Source: Gonapodya sp. JEL0774
Lineage: Eukaryota
Length of the DNA: 33,380 nucleotides
Reading direction: 5' to 3'
Assembly: GCA_027604505.1 (NCBI GenBank)
Contig: JADIIX010000190.1
Coordinates: 1-33,380 of the forward strand
Of the stretch, positions 1-11,226 are shown in pieces. Below the pieces are notes generated by a model that was not told the origin of the DNA, searched no databases, and saw only the letters and a program-made list of their open reading frames with translations. The stretch's first letter is position 1; the number at the start of each line of letters is the position of its first letter. The position numbers were made by a program, and so were the translations under genes.

Positions 1-91
1 CCCCAACTCCCCCCCCAGGCCCCAGTCACCCCCACACTCGCTCTCCCCACCACCACCCACTCCCCCTCCCCCCTCCCCCCCACTCATCCCC

Positions 92-3000
92 ATGTCCACC
101 TCCAAGTCCAAGGCTGGCGCATCAACACGCTCTCACGGCCTCGCATCCGCAGCCTCAACCTCAACTCCCCTCCTCACTCCCCTCCGTCCCCTCTCAGTCG
201 GCTGCATCCTGCCTGTCAGACACCCTCACGACCCTTCTGCTCTCCACCGCGCTGAAATCCTCTCAATCCGACTCCCGCCCTCCGCCTCCACCCCCGCTCC
301 CGCTCCCCCTTCTTCCTCCACGGACCCTTCCTCCTCCTCCACTCCCGCCCCATCCCCCGCACCTGCCTCAACCAACCCAAAACTCGCTTCCTACTACGTC
401 CACGTCCTTGGTTGGAACAAGCGTCTCGACGACTGGCTCCCCTTCGACGCTCTCAAGGTCTTCCCCGCCGACGCCATCGAGTGGCCAAAGGAGGACGGCA
501 AGAAGAGCGCCGCCAGCAAGGCCTCGGGGGCCGGTGGTGCTGGTGCTGGTGCTGGTGCTGGTGCTGCTCAGTCCAGTAAAGCCAACACCGGTACAGCACC
601 GCTCTCAAAACGCACCGCAACCGCAACCGGAAGCGGAACTGGCACTGCCACAGGCTCAGGCTCACGCCTGCCTCACACTCCTCCCCCCGCCTCGGGCTCG
701 GCCTCCGCATCCTCCACGGCTTTGTCCCAGTCCCAGTCCCAGTCGCAGTCGCAGTCGCAGTCGCAGTCTCAAGAAGTGAGTTAGGTCCGACGGGGACCGG
801 GACAAGACGTGCTGCGCGAGAGGGTCCTGGGGTTTTGGTGTCGTGGGCGGTTGGGTGGGGTGCTGGGTTCCGGGTTCTGGGTTCCGTGGTGTGCGTTGTG
901 GACCATGCCCTGGGTCGTTCGACGGTTGGTTGTGGGTTGTGGAACGTGGGTCGTGGGTTCTGGGCCGTTGGTCGTGTATCGTAGATTGTTTGTCCTACGT
1001 TCGTGGTCGCATGGTTCATCTCCCTCCTCCTTCCCCACCACCAAACCCTCGCCCCCCACCCATTCGCCCCTCCACCCTCCCTCAACTTCCTCCCCCACCA
1101 ATCGCCCCCCCCCCGCTCCCCACCCTCCAGCCCCCCCGCTCCCCCTCCTCCTCCACCCCGCCACCATCCAGTACCTCCCCGCCCCCCTCCTCCCGCCGCC
1201 ACATCCTCGCCTCCGCGACCTCCGCCGCCTCCGAAAAGCGCAAAAAGCGGGGCGCCATGTTCACATCCTTGGGCAGGGCCGCGGCGCAGGCCAAGGCTGG
1301 CGGGAGCGGGGGCGCGGCGGGGGGTGCGAGGGGCGGGCAGCACCACGGCGGGCACGGGCATGGGTTGCCCCCCGCGACGGCGCCCGTGGGTGGTGGAGGT
1401 GGAGCGGGTTCCGGGGCAGGTGCAGGTGCAGACGACTACGATGTGGAAATGGCCGGCACGGGGGACGGGGACGGGGACAGAGGGGGGGCCACGGGGGGCT
1501 CCGGGTCCACAAAGCGGTTGAAGGTCGCCACCCGGGTCGTGGTGGAGAGGGAGGCGGCAGGGGCGCCGGCGGCGGTGGGAAGACGGGCCGGGAGCGGTGC
1601 TGGGGGCGGGGGCGGTGCAGGGGATAAGGGAAAGGGAAAAGGGCCCGCACGCGGGGGCGGGTCGGTGTCGGGTTCGGGGTCCGGGTCCGACGGGGACGGG
1701 GACGGGGAGGAGGCAGACGGGGACGAGTACGACGCGGGGACGGCCACCGGGTCGGAAATGGATGGGGAGGGGGAGGGGGACGAGGAAGGGGACGGCGAGG
1801 GGGACGGCGACGACGAGCGGCCGGTGGACGGGAAGGGGAAGGGTCCGGCTGGCGGGCGCAGGGGCAAGGGGGCTGGGAGGAAGAAGGGGACGAAAGGGAG
1901 ACATGGCGGGCGGCGTGGTGGGAGTGGGGGGGAGGAGGGGGTACAAGGGGAGGGTGACGGGGACTGGGATGGGGACGTGGAAGGGGACGGGTACGGGGAG
2001 GCGGACGGGGATGGGGAGGGTGAAGGGTTCGTGGATGCGATGGAGGAGGACGGTGCCGGCGCTGGGAAAGGGAGGCGGGCCGGTGCCGGGAGGAGGAGAG
2101 TGCGGGCGGAGAGGGCCGACAGGGATGGGAGTGTGGGCGCGGGGGGGTCCGAGGGGTGGTCTGGCGACGGGGAGGGAGAGGGGGACTCGGTTGTGGACGA
2201 GGGGGAGGACGGGGATGATGGGGAGGCGGACGAGGGAGACGGGGACGGTGAGCTGGACGAACTCGCGTCCGGGGACGACCGGGACGGGGACGGGGACGCC
2301 GCCCCCGCCCGCCGCGCGCCTCCCGCCGCCCCGCCACCCCTCCTCGCCACCTCCACGAGCGGTGGCGGTCCGTCCACTCGCGCCGGCTCTGCCTCTGCCT
2401 TGGCCGCCGGTGCCGGTGACAGGGACGAGCAGGACCTCGACGCCGCCCGGGACACTGAGATCGAGCGGCTGCGTCTGGGCGGGTCGGTGAGCCAGCACAC
2501 GTCGGAGATTTATCGCATGAAGAACGTGCAGAGAGTGCAGTTGGGCAGGTGGGAGATGGACGCGTGGTATTTCTCGCCGTATCCGGGTGGGTTGAGGGGG
2601 TGGGGGGGCGGGGGTGGTGGATGGGGTAGGGTGGGATCTCATGCGGGATGGTTTCTAATCAATGCTTTTCCACCCCACACCCCCGCCCCTCCACAGAGGA
2701 ATTCACGGACCTCCCGATGCTGTATCTGTGTCCCTTTTGCCTCGAATACTTCCCCCACCCCCGCCCCTTCCAACGCCACCGTGCCAAGTGCACGCTCCTG
2801 CACCCGCCCGGCAACGAAATCTACTACGACGGGACCATTTCGTTTTGGGAGGTGGACGGACGCGTGGAACGCAGGTGGTGTAGGAATTTGAGCCTGTTGA
2901 GTAAACTGTTTTTGGACCATAAGACGGTTTATTTTGATGTGGATCCGTTTTGGTATTATGGTGGGTTTGGGGGGGGTGGCGCGGGGGTTGGGGTGGGGTG

Positions 3001-4000
3001 GGTTGTTGGCGGGAGGGCAGTTCGTGGGGGACGGATGTGCTGACGTGACCGCCCTGTGTTTCTCACTGCCCCCGACCTACCCACTCCACATTGCTTTGCA
3101 CCCACGTTCTCCACATACCCATGCGGGAACGGTACCACCGTCATTCGCCATCTGCCATCCGCCATCCGCCATCCAGTCATGACCCTTTCGGACGAAAAGG
3201 GCCACCACGTCCTCGGATACTTTTCCAAGGAGAAGGAGTCGAGTTTGAACTACAACTTGGCGTGTATTTTGACCCGTGAGTTGAGTGGCGGGAGAAAGGT
3301 GGGCCCGGTGGCCCACGGTGCACGCCGCCCGTTGGCGCGTGTTTTGTTTTCCGAGGATGTCGTGTTGGTGGTGGTAGTGGTGGTTGTGGTGTTTCGTTGG
3401 TGGATGATTGAATGGATGGCACTCAATCGGTCCGTTTTCGTTCCCCTTGCATCCCCATCAGTCCCCTGCCATCAACGCAAAGGCTACGGTAAACTCCTCA
3501 TCTCTTTCTCTTACCTTCTTTCCCTTCGCGAAGGAAAAGTTGGCTCCCCGGAGAAACCCTTGTCCGACCTGGGTCTGCTCTCCTACCTGGCGTACTGGTC
3601 CGAAGTGCTTGCCGAACGTCTGGTGGAATGGAAAGAGGCGACAGTCTCGCTGGAAGAGCTGAGTCACTTTACGGGCATGACGACCGAAGACGTGACCTTG
3701 ACGCTCAAGTTTTTGGACGCCTTGCGACAAAGAGACGGTCGTCACGTGGTGGTGGTGACCAATAAGATGGGCGAGATCGCCGAAAAGTCTCTGGCCAAGA
3801 AGGATAAGGCGCGGATACATCCGGATTGCCTCCACTGGGTGCCTCCAGATGCCAGGGCCAGGGTGACGGCGGTGACGGGCGAGGCCAGAGGGTTGGGCTT
3901 GGGCGTGCAACCCGCCAATGTGGGGAGGAGTGGGGCAGACGATTGGGCCAAGCCGGTACCCAGGAAGGGGTACGCAGAGGGGGCGCCCGGGAGGTTGTAG
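92..4000 (+). CDS. ESA1: MYST-family histone acetyltransferase (Esa1/KAT5-Tip60 type); exons 92-775, 1131-2586, 2697-2960, 3177-3275, 3462-4000
   Basis: N-terminal Tudor-knot/chromo motif (AEILSIR...[16 protein letters not shown]). MYST motifs join in frame across four GT-AG introns: WYFSPYPEE, C2HC finger CPFC..H...[60 protein letters not shown]. The catalytic Cys and Glu equivalents are present. Confidence 0.93.
536..565 (+). repeat. (GGTGCT)5 coding microsatellite, Gly-Ala repeat in ESA1 exon 1
   Basis: Five perfect copies read directly from the sequence. Confidence 0.9.
725..772 (+). repeat. (TCNCAR)8 coding repeat, Ser-Gln x8 at the end of ESA1 exon 1
   Basis: tcccag x3, tcgcag x4, tctcaa read directly. 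Confidence 0.9.
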
Positions 4001-4220
4001 TCCCCGAACTTTTGAGAGCCGGGGCCCGCGGACGCAGGAGGCTGTGTGTGATTTAAGGAGTTTGCATGGAAGTGATCCAGATATGCTCTTATAAGTTGAT
4101 TTTCTGAGAAATTTTGCATGCAATACACAGCGAACAAAAAGATTGTTATGTAGTGCCGAAGAGAGCGCTCACCCGCTATTGCCGAATGGGCCAACCAGAT
4201 TTGATTCCAAAGACACTCCG

Positions 4221-5397
4221 ATGCCCCCTCCACCAGGTGGACCCCCGCCAGCAGTCTTTGCTGGTCGGATTGAATCGGTTGGTAAAATCGTTGCCCTGAA
4301 AGCGGGCAAGGGTGGATCCGCGATCACCATCGGCGATGTTCCGGAATGCAAACCAGGGGATGTGGTATCAATAAACGGCGTATGTATCACGGCGAGGAGT
4401 TTCAATGCGGCGGACAAGGCTTTGCAGTGCGGGATGTCGAGGAAAACGATGGAGAATACAACGATGGGTGAGTGATTCCGACGCGGTGTTGCTGTGTGAT
4501 TCTGTCGTATTCAATGCACTCTCCGTAAATTTACAAAAAACCAGGATCTTTGAAAGTAGGATCTCGTGTTAATATCGAGCGATGGCTTCAGCCCGAGACG
4601 AGCGCGCGATTCGCCGGTCATTATGTTCGAGTGCGTGTGGACAGACGCACGAAATTTGCGCGCCGACTCTCCAACAAACGCACTTACTCTCTCGAATCGT
4701 TGTATAGGCTCTACCAAATGCATCCTGCTCCATTGTCGCCATTTCCCCCTCCCCCACCACGAACTCCAAGTTCCCACCAAACTCCCTCATTTACACTTTC
4801 CAATTCCCCAGACCAACTCTCCCACACATTGGTGATCCTTTCCCTACTCTCACCCCTGGCTCCTACGTCACTGTCGATGGGGTCGCTTTGCACGTGTACG
4901 ATCGCAACCCAAACCGGGGTGAGTTCCGAAGCCTGCTCATACCCAAGACGCTCGAATCCACGGCCCTGGGACCCGCGCAACTTCCGTCGGGGGAGACTGG
5001 CCCGGGTGATAAGAAAGTGGGCGATCGGGTGAACGTGGAGTTGAATGTGGTGGAGGTGACCGCGCGGATTGTGTCGCGAACAGAGAGAGCTGGAGGAGAC
5101 AGAGCCGTGACGACGGATGATTCGCAGCCGCAACTCGATTCGATATTGCGAACGATTCCTCCGTATCTCCGTGAGAGGTTTGCCAACGGTGTCGCCAAGA
5201 GGGTCGCGGAGATTTTGCAACAGGAGTCGCTCGAAAGCGTTGTCGGGGTGTCAAAGAGAAGTGCAGAGGGGGGACTGGGAGCGGTGAGAGCTGGAGGTAC
5301 GTCAACGAGGAAGGGTGTGTTGAAACGTGGTGGGCAGGCGCCAGATCAGGAAGATAGTCAGCCCGCCAGAAAGTGGAATGGCAAGCTCAAGTTGTGA
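4221..5397 (+). CDS. Riboflavin synthase (alpha chain)-like protein with two lumazine-binding domains, catalytic motifs degenerate; exons 4221-4467, 4545-4630, 4708-5397
   Basis: The spliced product has VFAGRIESVG, GDVVSINGVCIT, TTMGSLKVGSRVNIER and AGHYVR, then a second repeat with GSYVTVDGVALHV, LLIPKTLESTAL and KVGDRVNVE. This is the two-domain pattern of riboflavin synthase. Both introns are GT-AG and preserve frame. Confidence 0.82.
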
Positions 5398-5588
5398 ATA
5401 GATTTGACGTACATACTATGTATCTCATGTCCATGGAGAATGATCACCCATACTCATCATGCATGTCTGGGAGCTGATGAGGCACTTACACAAGATAAAC
5501 ATCGTGGAGCACCGCGCCGGCAAAGAGCATCAACGAGGATAAATATTGTCAATATAACGGAAATCTTTGGTTATCTATCTCATCTAAT

Positions 5589-7385
5589 TTATAGCTTGAT
5601 CTCATCCAATAACCCAAACAGAATCACAGCTGAGTTTTTGGCAGCGAAGTTGATAAAGGTGAGACTAAGCACAACAGATTATCAAAAGTGAGACTAAGCA
5701 CAACAGATTATCAAAAGAACCATGTCAAGGTTTGAAGCAAACTCGTGGACAAAAGCGACAAGGCACCACAGAATCATTTTCACTCACATTGCGTTCACCC
5801 CTTCCTGCCCACCCGCCAGATCGGACAGGGACCTGATCACGATACATGGCTTTTGGTTGGATTTACAGACGTGCATGACCGCGGCTGACTCCATGTCCTG
5901 CGTTCGGTAACAGGATCAGAGTTTGCGGATGGGCACGGTACAAGTGTTCGGCCGCTGCTCTGGATTCACTCACCAGCACATCTGCTCCGTGATAGAAGAA
6001 GAGTTGCTCTCTGATATCTGCATTATCGACAAACGTAGACGCACTGATCCCCGATTTGCCAATTTGTACTTTTGGCTGGTGAGGAAGAGTAAAGTTGGAC
6101 TGAGAGATGGGATCAAAGCCAGTGGCGGTGAGGTTAGGAAGTTTGGGAAGAGCAGCCTGGGCGGCAGAGAGGAGGTAAGGATCGACAGGGAACCAGAATT
6201 GCTGGGGTGAGACAGAGGCAAAGGCGTCCGTCGCTGATGTGGCGTGGCAAGGTTAGTCGGGTAACGGGTACGCGAGAGGCGGAGAATAAGGCACAAAGGG
6301 ACTGCACAGCGCTTACCGTTCACAAGAGTGTCAACCTCCCTGTAATGGAAATTAATCCAGATGTCAATGTGTGTACGTTACAGGTGATCGATAATGCAAA
6401 GGCACATACATAGGCACCGCAAAACCAGGGTACGTCAAGTTGGTAGTGAGAGTCTCATTTCCGCAGAATTTATACGAAGGCTCCATGTACGCAACCTGTG
6501 ATCAAACGTGTGCGGTTAGTTATGTTGATCATGTAATCCCCCTTTCCGAAACTCACTCGGATGAACTTCCCAGTAACAGAGTCGTTGTATGAGTAGAACT
6601 TGTTTGGAAAGTCAACACTGACTAAACTTTCATCCAGTTGGTTGTTGATGAACTTGTTGTGTTGATATTGAGCCCATTTGCGAGGGATTGTTACATCTCC
6701 GACCTTAGACCCGGAAGAATCATCAAATCAACCAGTGCTACGCGCCTGGACACGAACAGCGCGTACACCAAGAGACACTTACTTTCAAATCAGGGTTCAC
6801 GCCACCTCCAATCCCACTGAACACAAAGTACTGAATGCTCGGGTAGTAGTCGAACATCATTTGCGTGGTCATGGCGGCATTGGACATGCCCACGCCCGAT
6901 GTTGAGAGGACAACCGGCTTTCCCCTCAGGGTGCCCTCGAAAAACCTAGTAGAATATTCCGTATTTTTTGTGTTGAGGCAACCGTATTTGGATGTGTGTT
7001 GAACTGAACACTCACTGCCTCCCATTTTTCTCCAGAATTTTTACCGTTCCGGTCTCGTTCATCACTTTCAGCGAGGCGAGAGTCTCAGGTGCGAATGCGC
7101 TCAAAATACCGATTTTCGGTCCACCACCTGAAATTGGTGGGCCTTGTCAGTGCTGCTCTTCTCATGGTTTTAGGAAGGTTATGATCTTCCTCGCTCCTCA
7201 CACGCACCATTGTTCCTCTTCACCAACCTCTCCAGATGCTCATCAGCGGTGACAACAGAGAAGTGTCTGGCGAGGCTAAGGTACTCTTCGCGGGCGTGCA
7301 TGCGGAGTTTGTCGTGGGCGGAATCCGCCAGTGACGCGGGGACGAGTGCCCCGAGAAGGAGGAGTATGGGAAGAGCGATGCGCAT
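5589..7385 (-). CDS. Secreted MTA/SAH nucleosidase-like (PNP_UDP_1 superfamily; bark-storage-protein-like) protein, about 9 exons
   Basis: Signal-peptide-like start MRIALPILLLLGALVPASLA. Spliced motifs: IGILSAFAPE, FFEGTLRGKPVVLSTSGVGMSNAAMTTQ, FSGIGGGVNPDLKVGDVTIP, FWFPVD, SASTFVDNA, DMESAAV, IRSLSDLAGG and C-terminal AAKNSAVIL. Several NxS/T sequons. Confidence 0.85.
5659..5716. repeat. Exact 29-bp tandem duplication (gtgagactaagcacaacagattatcaaaa x2)
   Basis: Copies at 5659-5687 and 5688-5716 are identical. Confidence 0.95.
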
Positions 7386-8270
7386 AACGAAGTGCACTGC
7401 GTTTCTTTTTTGATTATGATGAAGTTATGGAAATGAATCCAAGGTATATTTGTATATGAAAACAGATCAGGAGGTAAATGAATTCATTTTACGGAAGCAA
7501 AATCATGCGGAGGCTCGATCTTGTGTGTTCTTATCATCGCCGCCCTGTTATCGTGCACATGAAGAACTTTATGTGCCCACACTGAATTCCAGGAATCGTC
7601 AAGCCACATGCGAACCATAATCCACATATCTGCATACATATAGGAATATATGTAAATTGCACACAGCGTCTCGGGATATCTTTCTTGGAGGTAAAGTAAT
7701 AATGTATGCTGATGTTTCCTAGCGCACTAATCAGGTGGCGAAACACCTCAGAGCCCATCAATCCTCCACATAGAAGTGGAGGGAGCTGGCGGTACATAAG
7801 AGACCTACAGCTGTTTGCTCTGAAACGAAGTTGGGGTATCAATTTTGTACGCTTGTCTCCCGCCCAGGCCCTGCTCTGAACATTCCAAATTGGGAACTAT
7901 TAGACGCACCGGAGGAGAGAGCGGTGTCGGAGGAAACACTATTCATCTGTATTTACAGGAGTCTCAACAGCACCCACTAAACTTCTTACTAAATAAATGT
8001 ACGGCGTGTATGTGTTGAAAGAACAGTTTTCTGACCAGCATGACGCCGGCGAGACTTCGCACCCTCACCACCAGCTTCATGAATGGCAAAAGCCCATTGG
8101 TGGGTATTGCGCAAGCAAAAGTTAAGTTGAACGAAAAGTACAATGTACAATGCCAGAGATACACTGGCAACAGGTTCCGGAGCGGGGCTTTATCGCGGGC
8201 AAAGAAGTCGCTCTTAAATGCATGTATAGTAATATGTACATGGATTGAATCGTCTCAACTTCACACTGTC

Positions 8271-10188
8271 TCACCCTGCCCCGTCGTCGCCCGGAGGGAA
8301 ACTACCAGCCGCACCAAGTTGACCCAACACCCCACTCAAGAAGTCCTCCGCTTCCTTCCCTTTCTTTTCTCCCCTCTCCTGCTTCTTCTTTTCGATGAGC
8401 TTCCTCCTCTCCTCCATCCTCTTTTGCCTCTTGTCCGTGGTTCCTCCCACCGCACCGTTTCCTTTCGCCTCCTCCTCCTCCCTCTCCCTCTTCTTCCTCG
8501 CCTCCACAGTTTCATTACGCAATTTATCCAGTTCCTCCCTCTGCCTCGCTCTCTCATCCTCATCTTGACTGAACTTGTAGAATCCCACACCGAGATTCCT
8601 CGTCTCTTTACTCGCATCGTAGTGGTCGCTCGACGAGATCGCGTAACCCCCTCCCTCATTAACAAGCTTCGAAAGTTCATACGCTGCGCGCTGCGCGTCG
8701 TTCATGGCGGCCAGTCGGGCTTCCTCTTCTTCAGGTGGGGGGGTGGGTGTGCGTGGGCGGAGGTGGAGGGGAAGTTGAGAGCGGGGTACTTTGCGGGCAC
8801 GGCCATATTCGTCAATGTACGAGACGAGTGGGTCGGGGTCGTCGTCCGATTCAGTTGGTAGCTTTGGAGGTGTCGGAAGTGTCGGTGGAGTCTCTTGCAG
8901 TTGGAAAGGGGAGCCCGCTGCAGGAGTAGGCGGTCCAGCAACAAAGGCGGTAGAATTGGGATAGAGTGATGACGGGAAAGGTGGCGGGGGCGGGAAGGGA
9001 TTTGGGTAGAGTGAAGGGGGCGGTAACGGGACCGCGGAAGGATTCGAAAGGGGAGGGGCATGTTTTCGCCAGGGCGGGTCAGCTGGATTTGCCGAGTTAA
9101 CAGCGCGAGATGGTACGGAGATGTATGACGGTTGCGGGAGTGCAGAGGTGGAAGCAGAATTTCCGGCTGATGCAGAGGGAGGGTTTGAGGGCACCTGTTT
9201 CCGAGGCGGTCCCAAATCACTGTCTGAGCTGTCGCCGTCATCCGCATCATCATCGCTGGCTATGCGACGAGGGGCGATAGTGCCCCTCTTTTTAGCCACC
9301 TGATCGTCCACCTGTTTTTTCCTCACAAAGTCCACCAGTAACTGTCCCTCAACCACTTCCGATAGTCCTGCTCCACCACCTGCTTTGAGTGCATCGTACA
9401 ATCGGGCTTTGCGTTCCAAAGCAGCTTGAGACGACGCAAGGGACGGTTGTTGCGAGATGTGCTGCGCTTCGTCTCGCTGCGCACGGCGGAGGACGTCGGC
9501 GTTAGAGCCTGCCGGAATATAATCCCGGTCGGTTTTCTTTTTAGACTGGCGTGGGCGGGAGGAGCCATCCTGGTGATGAGATTGTTTGGAGGTAGGTGCA
9601 TGTGCAGAGGGTTACAGAGAGAGTTATGTAAGTTGGCGGGGACGCTTCACAAAACCGTAAGCGGATTCTGACAAAAGCTTCCAGTAAAGATTCAAGAAGC
9701 TTGGAGTACAAAGTGCACGGGCGAAGTGCTGCCTCACTCGACTACTGCCTACAATCCTTTCAAAGAGCATTCAGCAACCCACACGATGACTGGTCCCTCA
9801 CAACGATTCGCTAGTAGCACATTACAGTTTTCAACTCACTTTTAGCTTCAGCTTCGAAACGCCAGAAGCAGCCCTGTATTGTGCCAGAGGGTCTGTATCA
9901 TCGACCGAGGATTTGGGCTTGGAAGTCTTCGCGGCGCCTGACTCGGCAGAGGCGAGTTCCGCCCGAAGCTCTACTAGCTAGAACAGTGGGTGGGGAAGAA
10001 GGCGAATAAAAGAGTAAGAACCAAGGGATGGGGAATGATGAGAATGTGCACAGAGCTCGAACAGGAGACACATCGTGAACGTTTCGTGACGAATGGGGCT
10101 CGCCTCAGCTCACCGAAGAATTGTTGAGCTTGACTTCAGTTTTGTGTTTCCATCCGCTGTCCGGATACCGCCGAATCGACGCGTCCAT
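8271..10188 (-). CDS. CCDC174/DUF4078-like coiled-coil protein; exons 10188-10114, 9977-9840, 9545-8271
   Basis: N-terminal SSLVELRAEL, then ALERKARLYD, LLVDF, YIDEYGRAR and HYDASKETRNLGVGFYKFSQDEDER...LRNET resemble conserved CCDC174 blocks. Introns are GT-AG and phase-compatible. Confidence 0.8.
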
Positions 10189-11226
10189 TTTGGTCGCCCT
10201 GAGTCTTCGTGCTGTGTGAACTTCTGTGTTCCGCCCCACATTTGTGCACCACGCCATATTTACTCGAATTATGATATGCGACAACACAAGAGCTGTACTG
10301 AAGCCTGAATTGCTTGCTCCATAGGAGGTGATGTGCGAGAGTTGTCATGGACTGCATTTGAACAAACATTGTCAGTTCAACATGCGAACAGACAGTTCGG
10401 CGCGTCTCGTTGTCCAAACACCGTTGTGGTGACGTTTCCACCCCAGCACCACCTGTTCCTTTATCAAACAGGTCATGTTCCGTTATGGACACGCCACAGC
10501 CAACTCCCGTTGCTGCACTAGTAATATATCCAATCCTCCACAAAACCTGACCAACCGCACGGAGCATAACCACCCTGGACGAAGGTCGATCTGACCATGC
10601 CGCGTCAGCATTGGCACAAGATCTGATGATGCCCGTTCGATTTCCTGGTGGTGCGGCCAGGTGAGCCAACATGAGAGACAAAAATACTCGTCACTTGCCG
10701 AACGTTCATTTTCACACACAATACATGCTGCCTTGTATCAACGCCTAAAAGTATACGAAAACGCAGAAAAAGAAAGCACTGACAGAAGAACGTAGAAAAT
10801 AGTCCTGAAGACAGAAGACTCTCCCACAATTACAACTCCACTCCCTCCAATCATAACAAAAGTTGGCAGCACCAAAGTGTGCCGCAAGCGGGATATTTTT
10901 CGGTGAGGTATTATATACGGTATTTACCGCGCATGGAATGCAAACAAAGCGCTTTTTCGGAATGATTTTTTGTAGTGTTTTGATGTTGTTGATGTTGTTG
11001 ATGTCTCGACTGCTTTCCAAGTCCATGCACTTCATCGTCCGATAATGGTCCTTTGAAGAGAGCTACGAGTGCCATTGTCGGTCAGTGCCCAAGAGTTGAT
11101 GACGCCGTAAAGGTGGTTTCCACGGTGTCCAAGTTTCCATTACTGTCTTGCTTCAAATCCCTCCGCAATCCACCATTCCGTTCGACAAACTCTGATAACG
11201 TATCATAACATGTCCGCTGTCCGAGT

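Noticed and set aside
453..2642. 729-aa and other long - strand or alternate-frame ORFs over ESA1
   Set aside because: Shadow ORFs from stop-poor, extremely GC-rich sequence. They cross ESA1 introns and contain no recognisable domain.
5659..5716. 29-bp direct repeat as a CRISPR repeat or transposon target-site duplication
   Set aside because: Only two directly adjacent copies with no spacer or intervening element, in a eukaryotic context.
8040..8861. 273-aa + strand ORF with hydrophobic stretches
   Set aside because: Antisense to the Glu/Lys/Arg-rich end of the CCDC174-like gene; the Leu/Phe/Pro bias is the expected mirror image.
10136..11045. ORFs of 60-181 aa and a short (gatgttgtt)-type repeat in the gap between the CCDC174-like and LAMTOR1-like genes
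   Set aside because: No motif or consistent exon chain. Probably UTR/promoter sequence, although an unrecognised small gene or ncRNA cannot be excluded.
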